Origin: Candidatus Pacebacteria bacterium CG_4_9_14_0_2_um_filter_40_15
Lineage (GTDB): Bacteria; Patescibacteriota; Microgenomatia; UBA1400; PJMF01
Assembly: GCA_002788675.1 (NCBI GenBank)
Contig: PFRS01000005.1
Location: 199,767-263,766, forward strand
Direction of reading: 5' to 3'
Length of the DNA stretch: 64,000 nt
Below, piece after piece: positions 1-8,321 of this stretch. The notes under the pieces are model-generated. The model was not told where the DNA came from, ran no database searches, and saw nothing but the letters and a program-made list of their open reading frames with translations. How positions within the stretch are numbered: position 1 is the first letter of the stretch; every line of letters begins with the position of its first letter. The position numbers and the translations under genes were made by a program.

Positions 1-1006
1 GCATTAACGCTGCTACTAATAAGAAAAATGTTGCTACTGTAGTACCCAACTGAGCAGAAATTATAGCTGATTCTCCATATAAGAAACTAAGTCCTGATGC
101 TACTTCAGTACCATAGACTGTGGCACGTGCTAACACCGACATAATAATTATTGTTACTAATCCTAAAACCCAAAATACCAGAAAATGCTCTATTGAGACT
201 AATCGCCACCAGGCATTCCATCTCTGAGTATTCTGAGGGGTATCACTGAAATCATGCCCATCAATAGCTACCGGCTTACTCTCATTTGAGAATAAGGTGC
301 CAACCTTAGCAGCATACTTACCCATTCCAAAGCCTTTTTCTTTAATGTAATACGATTGAGCTAAATTCAAATTCCCACCTGCACCTGCGTAAGCAAAAGC
401 CCCAAGAAAACTAGCTATAGAAACTCCAGTTGGGAAAAACCACCAACCGTCACCTTTACCAACTAACCCCAATGCCATTTCTTGCCAATGTATGCCTTGA
501 GCCATAAAAAAGGCAATACCAAACAGCAATGGCAGACCAGCTAAGATGACAATCTTTTGGAATCGTTCCATAGTTTTATACAAGGACGACCCTGTAGACA
601 AAATTATTCCAGTAAAAAGTAATAAACCTACAGCCACAATTTTTTCAGGTAGAATTGGAAAAACGGTTGTAAGCACTTCAGAAGCAGCCGATGAAAAGCC
701 TGGTATAGACCAAGGAATAAACGTTGAAAAAATATACCAAATGGTAATAAATACACTCATGCGCCGAAACCCGAGAAAAATGCTTTCTCCTTTTGCCAGC
801 GTGTAGCGCATCACTTCAGTATTTAATACATACTGCAGTGAAACACCCAAGAGTGCACCCCACAATAACCCCAGACCATAATTAGCTGCTAAATAAGGCC
901 ATAGGATAAGTTCACCACTACCCAGTGCTAATCCGAGCAATATGAACGAAGGACCAATGGTCTTGGCGAGTGAAGGAGGTTTTTCAAGAGAATATTTTTT
1001 TAACAT
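1..1006 (-). CDS. Polytopic membrane transporter, 3' end beyond the window start; tentatively NRAMP-like divalent-metal transporter
   Basis: I translated the minus strand by hand from ATG (rc of 1004-1006): MLKKYSLEKPPSLAKTIGPSFILLGLALGSGELILWPYLAANYGLGLLWGALLGVSLQYVLNTEVMRYTLAKGESIFLGFRRMSV. There are no stops down to at least nt 750 and the hydrophobic helices are continuous. It is missing from the ORF track because it runs off the window edge. The GP-x-F...GSGE block resembles the NRAMP TM1 'GPGF...DPGN' region, but the family call is weak. Confidence 0.55.
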   Translation of the reverse strand, partial: MLKKYSLEKPPSLAKTIGPSFILLGLALGSGELILWPYLAANYGLGLLWGALLGVSLQYVLNTEVMRYTLAKGESIFLGFRRMSVFITIWYIFSTFIPWSIPGFSSAASEVLTTVFPILPEKIVAVGLLLFTGIILSTGSSLYKTMERFQKIVILAGLPLLFGIAFFMAQGIHWQEMALGLVGKGDGWWFFPTGVSIASFLGAFAYAGAGGNLNLAQSYYIKEKGFGMGKYAAKVGTLFSNESKPVAIDGHDFSDTPQNTQRWNAWWRLVSIEHFLVFWVLGLVTIIIMSVLARATVYGTEVASGLSFLYGESAIISAQLGTTVATFFLLVAALM

Positions 1007-1072
1007 TATGGCAGGTTATCTAGTAATTATTCTAGACTAGAATCAGACCCTCAGCAATAAGAACAGCTTTTG

Positions 1073-1891
1073 TTATGAACCATAACCTGAAAGCGTACAC
1101 ACGTTTGAGTCGTTATACACATTCTGCCAGGCATTTGTGTTCGCAGTTGCAGATTCAGTAGACGAGTAGCTAAATCCAAGACTACCTTCTTCTTGATTTT
1201 CTGAATACGAATCCATCTCTTCTAGAAGTGATGACGTTAATTCAGTAAGTTGCTGATCACTGAAGTAGCACTCAAATTTTCCACCGTTAGGTAATGTCTC
1301 AGTATAAAAACATCCTTTATCTTTCTGACCAATAATTTCTTTTGACTGGGTTGTGCCATCAAAAAAATGCGTGAAGGAAATTTTTCTTGGTGAACAGCTC
1401 GGTAAATCTGCTGCTAATGCCTCTACCATTTTTGCGTAATCTGTACCCACAATCATGGTTTGAGCCGAATGGGTTGACTCTTCCATAAATTCTCGTCCAT
1501 CCATTGTGCCGTACATGTCCTGCTCGGATACCATTTCAGATATTGACTCAGGCATTTCTTCCATAACTGGTACTTCAGTAGATGGAGCAAGCTGTACGGA
1601 GATTGATGTTGAGTTTGAATATCGCTGGAAAGCAAAGACTCCACCTCCCACAAGCGCTAAAAGAATTAAAAAGACACCTATATAGAGTCCGATCTTTGAA
1701 GGCTGACCTGGTACAACTGTTGGACCTTTAAGTGCAGCCAAAGCATCAAGAACAGCAGTGTCTTTCCAGCCACTTTTTTTTAAAGCTGCCTTAATTTTTT
1801 CGGTTGGTACACCTGCATTTATTTGCTCTGATATATATGATGAAAGTTGTTCTGACATGGCATTAGTATGCCACAATTTGTGGGCCGTCAC
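1073..1891 (-). CDS. Hypothetical membrane-anchored protein (cytoplasmic N-terminus, one TM, Cys-containing extracytoplasmic domain)
   Basis: 272-aa ORF. TM segment LYIGVFLILLALVGGGVFAF. The C-terminal domain has several Cys. No recognisable catalytic motif. The start may be the second Met (nt 1858). Confidence 0.5.
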   Translation of the reverse strand: MTAHKLWHTNAMSEQLSSYISEQINAGVPTEKIKAALKKSGWKDTAVLDALAALKGPTVVPGQPSKIGLYIGVFLILLALVGGGVFAFQRYSNSTSISVQLAPSTEVPVMEEMPESISEMVSEQDMYGTMDGREFMEESTHSAQTMIVGTDYAKMVEALAADLPSCSPRKISFTHFFDGTTQSKEIIGQKDKGCFYTETLPNGGKFECYFSDQQLTELTSSLLEEMDSYSENQEEGSLGFSYSSTESATANTNAWQNVYNDSNVCTLSGYGS

Positions 1892-1925
1892 GATAGTTAA
1901 AATAGAGCCTAAAATATAATCTGAG

Positions 1926-2432
1926 CTACTTCAAGAATTTTTCAGCAGCTTCCAAAAACAGAGTATCTCTCGGAACAATGTATGATCCTCCTTCTTGGTT
2001 TTGTGCAACATTAGTTGAGATTAAAGAAAGTGCCTGCTCAAACGGAAGCCAAAGTAACTCAAAGCCATCATCTCTTTCTTCCTGCGTGAATTCCGCCTCT
2101 TTCTTCTCGCCTTTTACTCTAGATAAGTAACAGTATGAAATCTGTTTCATATTCCACATTTTTCTCTGTTCTATAATCATACCAATTTCATCAATCACTT
2201 CGATCTCACATCCAATCTCTTCAATACATTCTCGTTTCAAAGCCATTATCTTCGATTCTGAATCCTCAATGCCTCCACCAGGAAGTTTGTAGTAATTCTC
2301 AGTTGTAACGTGCAAAATGGCTATATTTTTTTCAACATCAAAAACGACAGTTCTGGCTGCTTCGCGTAAAATATAACTACTGATCTCCATAATTGTTGCG
2401 TGTTGGGGATTAAGGGTGGCGAGAAGTTTCAT
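1926..2432 (-). CDS. NUDIX hydrolase
   Basis: Nudix box GGGIEDSESKIMALKRECIEEIGCEI (GX5EX7REUXEEXGU). Confidence 0.8.
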   Translation of the reverse strand: MKLLATLNPQHATIMEISSYILREAARTVVFDVEKNIAILHVTTENYYKLPGGGIEDSESKIMALKRECIEEIGCEIEVIDEIGMIIEQRKMWNMKQISYCYLSRVKGEKKEAEFTQEERDDGFELLWLPFEQALSLISTNVAQNQEGGSYIVPRDTLFLEAAEKFLK

Positions 2433-2457
2433 AATTTCTTAATGTAACTAAAAAAAA

Positions 2458-2886
2458 TTATTCTGTAGTAATAGGTGGCCTCGATGAATAATTCGTATGT
2501 CTCCACCAATCAGGGATGAACTTTAAAAAAAGTGTTGTGTCACTCTCATACACTTTTGATTGAGGAAATTTTGCATAATGAAGCTCTTTAATCTTATCTC
2601 TTTCATTCTTTTTTTGCACAAGATAGAGCGTTCCACTCAATTGCAGTGTTTGCTTCAGTTCCTCAGTTGTTCCAATAACCAGCGAAGCATGACAATGTGC
2701 GGTTTCTGTAAGCTTTTCAACTTTTTTTGTACCACTTTCTGTAAAAAAATATATTTCAAGTGGATCTGGATTACAGGAATACAACATTGCAGCAGCATGG
2801 ACTTTTTCGAGAGGTAGTGCTGTAGCCAGAACACTTGCTCGTTGACCTAACAAAAAACTCAATACTTCTTTTGGCAATGTTTTCAT
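2458..2886 (-). CDS. Pyridoxamine 5'-phosphate oxidase-like FMN-binding split-barrel protein (putative)
   Basis: 142 aa. The pattern ...RASVLATA....NP.....FFT....KK... is typical of the PNPOx-like / general stress protein 26 fold. Moderate support. Confidence 0.4.
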   Translation of the reverse strand: MKTLPKEVLSFLLGQRASVLATALPLEKVHAAAMLYSCNPDPLEIYFFTESGTKKVEKLTETAHCHASLVIGTTEELKQTLQLSGTLYLVQKKNERDKIKELHYAKFPQSKVYESDTTLFLKFIPDWWRHTNYSSRPPITTE

Positions 2887-2889
2887 ATT

Positions 2890-3279
2890 TTAAATCACTT
2901 CCACAACTTTTGCATTACTCATCTTTTCATCTGCATACTCAAAGAGCACACCGTGTTTGGATGTAGAATTATTTCTTATAGCATGTGGTAAGTTTGATGG
3001 AATTTCAAAAAGTAAGACAGTATCTTTTGACTGCATGGTAACTTCATGTGTACGATCTTCTACATCTACCCAAAATAAAGACAGGTCATCCATTGTCACA
3101 AACCACTCGGTTCGAGGATGAGAATGATTGCCAGCATAACTTCCTGGGTCAAAAAGAACAATCTGTTGATCCTTTATACGTTTTTTCTCAATTGGAAGAT
3201 CATCTGTATTTAATACCCAAACCTTTGGTTCCTGTCTTTGGTATGAATAATTGATTTTTGTTATCTTTGGTTCTGTCAT
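2890..3279 (-). CDS. Cupin-domain protein
   Basis: Two cupin motifs: GNHSHPRTEWFV (G-x5-HxH-x3-E) and IPSNLPHAIRN (P-x-G/x-xx-H-xxx-N). Confidence 0.5.
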   Translation of the reverse strand: MTEPKITKINYSYQRQEPKVWVLNTDDLPIEKKRIKDQQIVLFDPGSYAGNHSHPRTEWFVTMDDLSLFWVDVEDRTHEVTMQSKDTVLLFEIPSNLPHAIRNNSTSKHGVLFEYADEKMSNAKVVEVI

Positions 3280-3387
3280 AACGCTATCATATCAGATCAT
3301 GAGTTTTTTCAGATAGTTCATTTAGCATTGGCGTAAACGTTGTACCAAATTAAAATCTATGTAACTAACTCAAGGAAATTCCTTGTA

Positions 3388-3852
3388 TTATCTACCAGTG
3401 AAAATGCGATGCATTGCAGGGCATACACTTATAATTATTCCCACTATGAAAAAAAGTATATACAGATTGAACATTAGTTTCTTTTCAAGTTTTGAATTTG
3501 AATCTAGATGTATTAATTTTGCTAATGAAATGTGAATTACAATAAGTGAAATTAATCCAATAGTTATGCCAAAAAGTGGTAATGTTGCATTAGCTACTAT
3601 TATTGAAATTGTAAGTAAGATTAAGAGCAAGATAACGGGATTGATTTTTTTGTATGGTTTAAACCAATTGGGTGTTTGATTATCTTTTTTTAGAAAAATA
3701 ACAAGTGGAAAACCAATTGATAGCTGAACAACCATTGAAACAATCCAGCCCCCAATTACTAGATTGAATAATGAATTTTCTCCAAAAAATAAATTATAAA
3801 ATCCAATTGTGATACTGAGTATTACTAATACTAAAATTTCTTTATATTTCAT
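3388..3852 (-). CDS. Hypothetical integral membrane protein (4-5 TM)
   Basis: 154 aa, hydrophobic throughout. Confidence 0.5.
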   Translation of the reverse strand: MKYKEILVLVILSITIGFYNLFFGENSLFNLVIGGWIVSMVVQLSIGFPLVIFLKKDNQTPNWFKPYKKINPVILLLILLTISIIVANATLPLFGITIGLISLIVIHISLAKLIHLDSNSKLEKKLMFNLYILFFIVGIIISVCPAMHRIFTGR

Positions 3853-3993
3853 TATAATTGTGTGACTTTTTTCATATCAAAAATAAGTATAACAAAAAAA
3901 TTAGGTTCTAGTTTCCTGAGTCCTATGTAATCAAAGCAAAGTAGTGTCGACAACACTGCACCCAAAATCTGAACCTATTTTTGCAATTGATTG

Positions 3994-5097
3994 TTATTTA
4001 ATAACAATATTTTCAGTCATAGTCAGAAAGTCTTGTAGAAACTCAGGTGCTAGTATTGAATCATCAGCCGTGAGAGTTTTAAGGGTAAACACTATTGCTT
4101 TTTTATTAGTGATGACGTAAGCAATTGCTTCTGATTTATCAGGATTTTCATACACTTTTACTTGGTATGCTTTATTGTTATCGTAATATTTTGTTGATTG
4201 TTGTGAGTATTGGTTAAGATCTATTTTCGGTAAGTCTTCAGTTCTCATCTCTTGCCAAGTAATTATCCCATCTTGATACGATAAGTTGTTATCTTGATAG
4301 TTAAAGTTCCAATTCTTTGGAATATCTAACGCGATCCAGTTAAGTTGAAGTGGATTGGCGAACTTGAAAAATGCATCCTCAAAATTTCGTTGTGTTGTGT
4401 TTTCAGGACAATTTAATATATTTGTATAATATGGACATGTAAGTATCTTTTCAGTTCCATCTAGGTCATCCACAACTCTTGCAGTATACGAGTCTTGGTT
4501 CCAAGTTACATCAGAAAATTTCATTAACCCACTTATTTTTTCTTTTTCAATGTTAATAAATTCAAGTAAACCATTTCCTTGATTAGAATTATAATGTGCA
4601 ACCAATAAATGTTCTTCTGTCTGAGGTTGTAAAATTAATGGATAGATACGACTTTCACCATCACCTTGGTAAAATAACTCCGATGTTTTTTTTGTTGCAC
4701 GATTGTATGTATATGTTGTAAGAACTTCATTCTCTCGTAAAGTATAGATAATGTATTTACTCCCTATTGCTGCAGCTTTTAGAGGACTATATGTTTCATT
4801 TGGATATTCTTTGTAAGTGCCAATTACAATTTCATTTGTTATTGGTGAAGTTGGTGTGCTTGAAATTACGCTTGGAGCTATAGTTGACATTTGACTGAGT
4901 GGAGGTACGTGTATCCATGCACATCCACCTTCCCAGCAAATACGTTCTTCTCCTGACTGAAACGTGACAAATGTTAATTTTTTATTTCTTAAGAAAGAAA
5001 AATATAGAAGAGTAGTACTTAATGAAATAGCAATTAAAGCGAACCCAAATAATTTTAGCAAGAAGAGTTTACGCTTCATTGATTTTTTTTGTTTCAT
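3994..5097 (-). CDS. Hypothetical secreted/membrane-anchored protein
   Basis: The ORF is open to 5187, but the first 30 codons are antisense to a repeat element. The likely start is M31 (MKQKKSMKRKLFLLKLFGFALIAISL, a signal/anchor). The large extracytoplasmic domain has no recognisable motifs. Confidence 0.5.
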   Translation of the reverse strand: MKQKKSMKRKLFLLKLFGFALIAISLSTTLLYFSFLRNKKLTFVTFQSGEERICWEGGCAWIHVPPLSQMSTIAPSVISSTPTSPITNEIVIGTYKEYPNETYSPLKAAAIGSKYIIYTLRENEVLTTYTYNRATKKTSELFYQGDGESRIYPLILQPQTEEHLLVAHYNSNQGNGLLEFINIEKEKISGLMKFSDVTWNQDSYTARVVDDLDGTEKILTCPYYTNILNCPENTTQRNFEDAFFKFANPLQLNWIALDIPKNWNFNYQDNNLSYQDGIITWQEMRTEDLPKIDLNQYSQQSTKYYDNNKAYQVKVYENPDKSEAIAYVITNKKAIVFTLKTLTADDSILAPEFLQDFLTMTENIVIK

Positions 5098-5185
5098 TGT
5101 ATTTAGTTTAACACTAATCTTTTTGATTTGTCGGGTGTTTGGGACGATGTTGGAACTAATTTGAAAAGAAGCTATACTTACATAC

Positions 5186-5404
5186 ATGAAAAGTAAAAAG
5201 CCAACCTCACTGTTAAAAATATTCTTATTGTTGCTTTGTTTATTCTTCTTAGTTTTTTTTATTTTTATCTTTATGCTTTATCTTGGTTATGAACCGTTCT
5301 ACAGATGCTGGGCTGTTGCAAGACCAATATATGATGGAATGACAAACCCTCCAGCAAGATGTGAATTTTATTTTGGTATTAACGGCTCTTCATTTTTTCA
5401 ATAA
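5186..5404 (+). CDS. Small hydrophobic protein (72 aa), possible; flanked by 21-nt direct repeats
   Basis: ORF with a strongly hydrophobic N-terminal half. A TATACT -10-like hexamer lies ~15 nt upstream. There is no clear SD. It is flanked by near-identical repeats at 5137-5157 and 5421-5441. Confidence 0.3.
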   Translation: MKSKKPTSLLKIFLLLLCLFFLVFFIFIFMLYLGYEPFYRCWAVARPIYDGMTNPPARCEFYFGINGSSFFQ

Positions 5405-5583
5405 AAAGTCAGTGTCAACAGTTTGGGACGATGTTGAAACTTTTTTTGTTCAAGACCAGTTAATTTAGAGTGCTGTTTCTAGTCCGCATATTTTATCTTC
5501 AAATCTGAGATACATGGATTCGATTTTGAACTGATGTTATACTTAGTTAAGTCCTAAGTATGTAAATATAAAAACAAAAAATT

Positions 5584-6492
5584 ATGACAAGTATAGATCA
5601 AAGAGATGGTAGAAATAGGGGCATGTTAGACGCATATGATTTGCCAGAAAAAGTAGCAGCTGGCAATAAAATTTCTCAACCTGAGCTTGCTGCCACAAAA
5701 TATCAACCACAAATTTTAAAGCTTGCTGAAATGGCTTTGTCAATTTCAGATTCAAAGGGTGAGCATTATATTAGTGAGGCAGGAAATAGTCGTTATGGAT
5801 TGCAAGAAATATTTGTTGTAGAGCAAACAACAGATGGGGAAAAGATCGTATTAATCGAAGGCAAACGAGTTCAAAAATCCTTCCCTACTTGGGAACTGAC
5901 AGATAGAGATCTTGTTAAATTAGGGAATTTTTTGGGATATGTTCCAGTAACCGTTTTTTTTGCCAATTGGGAACCTGGTCTCTATAATGATCGAGATTTT
6001 GTTTGGGAGTTTAGTCAAAAAGAAGCAGATGTAAAAAGAAGGCTATCTTATATTGAAGTCTTAGTCAGAGCTGTTGGGGCAACTGTTCATCCCCAAGATT
6101 TTGATCAAGCAGTATGGGCACTAACTGCCCAACCAGACAAAAGGCAGTACTTACCTGAAGATTTACTTGAATCATACACTGAAGTTTTATTGAGCAAAAT
6201 AGGATCTGATAAGGAAGATACTCATAAATTAGTAGAGAAAATAAGAGAAAGTGTAAAACGTTTAGCACTTTTTACTAAAAATGAAGAAGAGTTTATTGTT
6301 CAGTTTTATTATGTATACGCAGATCTGAAAAAGGTAGATTTTCAAGATATTGAGCAAATAGTTGATTCACTCAGATATTTCCCATTTGTTGAAACTCTTT
6401 TGAAAAAATTTCAACATCAACCAGATGCAAATTTTAGTGATAATTTGTTAGGGGCATTAAGTAGGTTCTCAATAGAATTTTACGAAAATTAG
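5584..6492 (+). CDS. Hypothetical cytoplasmic protein (302 aa), no recognisable domain
   Basis: Long clean ORF with A-rich SD-poor upstream. It is acidic and has no TM. Confidence 0.55.
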   Translation: MTSIDQRDGRNRGMLDAYDLPEKVAAGNKISQPELAATKYQPQILKLAEMALSISDSKGEHYISEAGNSRYGLQEIFVVEQTTDGEKIVLIEGKRVQKSFPTWELTDRDLVKLGNFLGYVPVTVFFANWEPGLYNDRDFVWEFSQKEADVKRRLSYIEVLVRAVGATVHPQDFDQAVWALTAQPDKRQYLPEDLLESYTEVLLSKIGSDKEDTHKLVEKIRESVKRLALFTKNEEEFIVQFYYVYADLKKVDFQDIEQIVDSLRYFPFVETLLKKFQHQPDANFSDNLLGALSRFSIEFYEN

Positions 6493-6587
6493 TTTTGGAT
6501 TTTATAAGTTTCATGCTGTTAGCAGAGAGAAGTGCAAGCAATTTACTTACAATAGTTGGTGCATTTCAGGAAAGCTGATAAAATATT

Positions 6588-6607
6588 TACATTGATATTT
6601 CAATGTA
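6588..6607 (-). terminator. Hairpin (TACATTGA-tatt-TCAATGTA) plus U-rich tract immediately 3' of tRNA-Pro
   Basis: Perfect 8-bp inverted repeat. It is followed on the minus strand by AAUAUUUUAUC. Confidence 0.5.
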
Positions 6608-6620
6608 TTTTTACTAAATG

Positions 6621-6694
6621 TCGGGTTGACTGGACTCGAACCAGCGACCTCACGCACCCCATGCGCGCACTCTAGCCATCTGAGCTACAACCCG
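6621..6694 (-). tRNA. tRNA-Pro (anticodon GGG)
   Basis: The reverse complement folds as a cloverleaf. Acceptor CGGGUUG/CAACCCG with C1:G72 and discriminator A, which are proline identity elements. D arm GCUC/GAGU. Anticodon stem CGCGC/GCGUG with loop AUGGGGU (U33, G37). T arm GCUGG-UUCGAGU-CCAGU. No encoded CCA. Confidence 0.85.
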
Positions 6695-6722
6695 TCGTAA
6701 ATGTAGGTATTCTGACGTTACT

Positions 6723-6764
6723 ACTGTCACAGATTATGTCAGAATCTGACTGTATTATACAGTT
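6723..6764 (+). promoter_or_regulatory. Two CTGT...ACAG palindromes (ACTGTCACAG; ACTGTATTATACAGT) in the tRNA-Pro / recA divergent intergenic region; candidate operator and/or -10 elements
   Basis: There is a near-perfect 15-nt palindrome ~100 nt upstream of the recA ATG. It contains TATAAT on the minus strand, which is a possible tRNA promoter -10. Confidence 0.3.
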
Positions 6765-6867
6765 ACTCAGCTAAAGAAAATATCCAATTTCTCTATAGCA
6801 AAACATTCTAAAGTATGCTTTAGTAGTACTACAAAAAGAAATAAACCCAAAACAGCAAGGAGCATGT

Positions 6868-7917
6868 ATGGCAAAGAAAAAGGCTGACACAACAAGCACT
6901 GAACTTTCAAGTGAGCAAAATGCAAAGCAACAAGCAGTAAATATTGCAATGCAACAAATTGAAAAAGAGTTCGGAAAAGGTTCCGTCATGAAAATGGGTG
7001 AATCACTCAAAAACATGGCAACTATGCCTACCATATCGACAGGATCACTTTCACTTAACTTAGCACTCGGTGTCGGCGGATTTCCAAAAGGTCGTATCAT
7101 AGAAATCTACGGTCCTGAGGCATCAGGAAAAACTACTATTTGTTTACATGCTATTGCAGCTACCCAAAAAACTGGAGGCATTGCGGCATTTATAGACGTT
7201 GAACATGCCCTGGACCCAGTAAGAGCTCAAAAAATTGGTGTCAATTTAGATGATATGCTCATTTCTCAGCCAGATTATGGTGAACAAGCACTTGAAATTG
7301 CCGAAACACTTATTCGCTCCGGTGGAGTTGACATTATTGTAATCGACTCAGTCGCTGCACTCGTGCCAAAATCTGAAATTGAGGGAGATATGGGAGACCA
7401 TCAGATGGGTACACAAGCCCGATTGATGTCACAAGCCATGAGAAAACTCACTGCTGCAATATCTAAGACTAAAACACTTGTAATCTTCACTAACCAAATT
7501 CGTCATAAAATTGGCGTTATGTTTGGTAGTCCAGAAACAACCACTGGTGGAAATGCACTCAAATTCTATGCAACCCAGCGACTTGATATTCGAAAAATTG
7601 GTAACATCCAAGAAGGTGACCAAATTGTGGGTAGCCGACATAGAGTTAAAGTCAAAAAGAATAAAGTGGCTCCACCATTCCAGATTGCAGAGTTCGACAT
7701 GGATGACAAAGGCATCTCTATGACCGGAGACGTCATTGATATTGGTGTACAAGAGGGAATCATTGAAAAAGCTGGTAGTTTCTACAAATATGATGGCACT
7801 GTGCTCGCACAAGGCCGTGAAGCAACAAAAAAACATTTTGATGAAAATCCTGACTTTATGAAAAAAATACAAAAAGAAATTTGGGCAAAAATAAAAGAAG
7901 AAATAGCTCAAAAATAG
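6868..7917 (+). CDS. recA: Recombinase RecA
   Basis: Walker [13 protein letters not shown], the motif [11 protein letters not shown], and a conserved L2 region. SD AAGGAG lies 7 nt upstream. Confidence 0.97.
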   Translation: MAKKKADTTSTELSSEQNAKQQAVNIAMQQIEKEFGKGSVMKMGESLKNMATMPTISTGSLSLNLALGVGGFPKGRIIEIYGPEASGKTTICLHAIAATQKTGGIAAFIDVEHALDPVRAQKIGVNLDDMLISQPDYGEQALEIAETLIRSGGVDIIVIDSVAALVPKSEIEGDMGDHQMGTQARLMSQAMRKLTAAISKTKTLVIFTNQIRHKIGVMFGSPETTTGGNALKFYATQRLDIRKIGNIQEGDQIVGSRHRVKVKKNKVAPPFQIAEFDMDDKGISMTGDVIDIGVQEGIIEKAGSFYKYDGTVLAQGREATKKHFDENPDFMKKIQKEIWAKIKEEIAQK

Positions 7918-8007
7918 TACTATCATTGAAGTAAAAATATGACTGTGCGTCGCTTTTTTTAAGCGACGCACATCTGGTATGCACACATCTAAGTACAAGC
8001 ATAGGCA

Positions 8008-8036
8008 TTGACTAACATGTGTTTAAAGAGTACAAT
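8008..8036 (+). promoter_or_regulatory. Sigma70-like promoter (TTGACT-17-TACAAT), ~285 nt upstream of rny
   Basis: Hexamers with 17-nt spacing. It implies a long 5' leader. Confidence 0.4.
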
Positions 8037-8321
8037 AAAAGCAACTGATAGTGGAGAACACTAAAGAACTAACAAGATTTTATAGAAAACCAGACAATAG
8101 AGTAAACACAAACTATGAAAAGAAACAAAGGACTAGCAGATCACTCTCAACAAGCAGGTTAATTCCTCGCTTTTGATTGTAGTGCCCTAGTTCCTATTGC
8201 CAGATTTCAATCTTCAAGTTTTTTAGCAAATATCTCCTCTTCAGCGGTGCTCTGTGCACCACGTTAAGAACGTAACTAGTGTTTTAGTGTGTGTTTTCAC
8301 ACAGTAAAACAAAGGAGAATT

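Noticed and set aside
546-806. 86-aa plus-strand ORF
   Set aside because: It lies entirely antisense within the continuous minus-strand transporter ORF (1-1006), has no SD, and its composition mirrors the membrane protein codons. Spurious.
6495-6867. Integrated mobile element at tRNA-Pro
   Set aside because: No integrase, recombinase or transposase ORF occurs on either side, and no direct repeat of the tRNA 3' end was seen within the window.
8289-8321. Longer N-terminus for rny (track start 8289)
   Set aside because: The ATG at 8322 is preceded by a good SD (AAAGGAGA, 6-nt spacing). The 8289 start has none, and it adds an unlikely MCFHTVKQRRI peptide.
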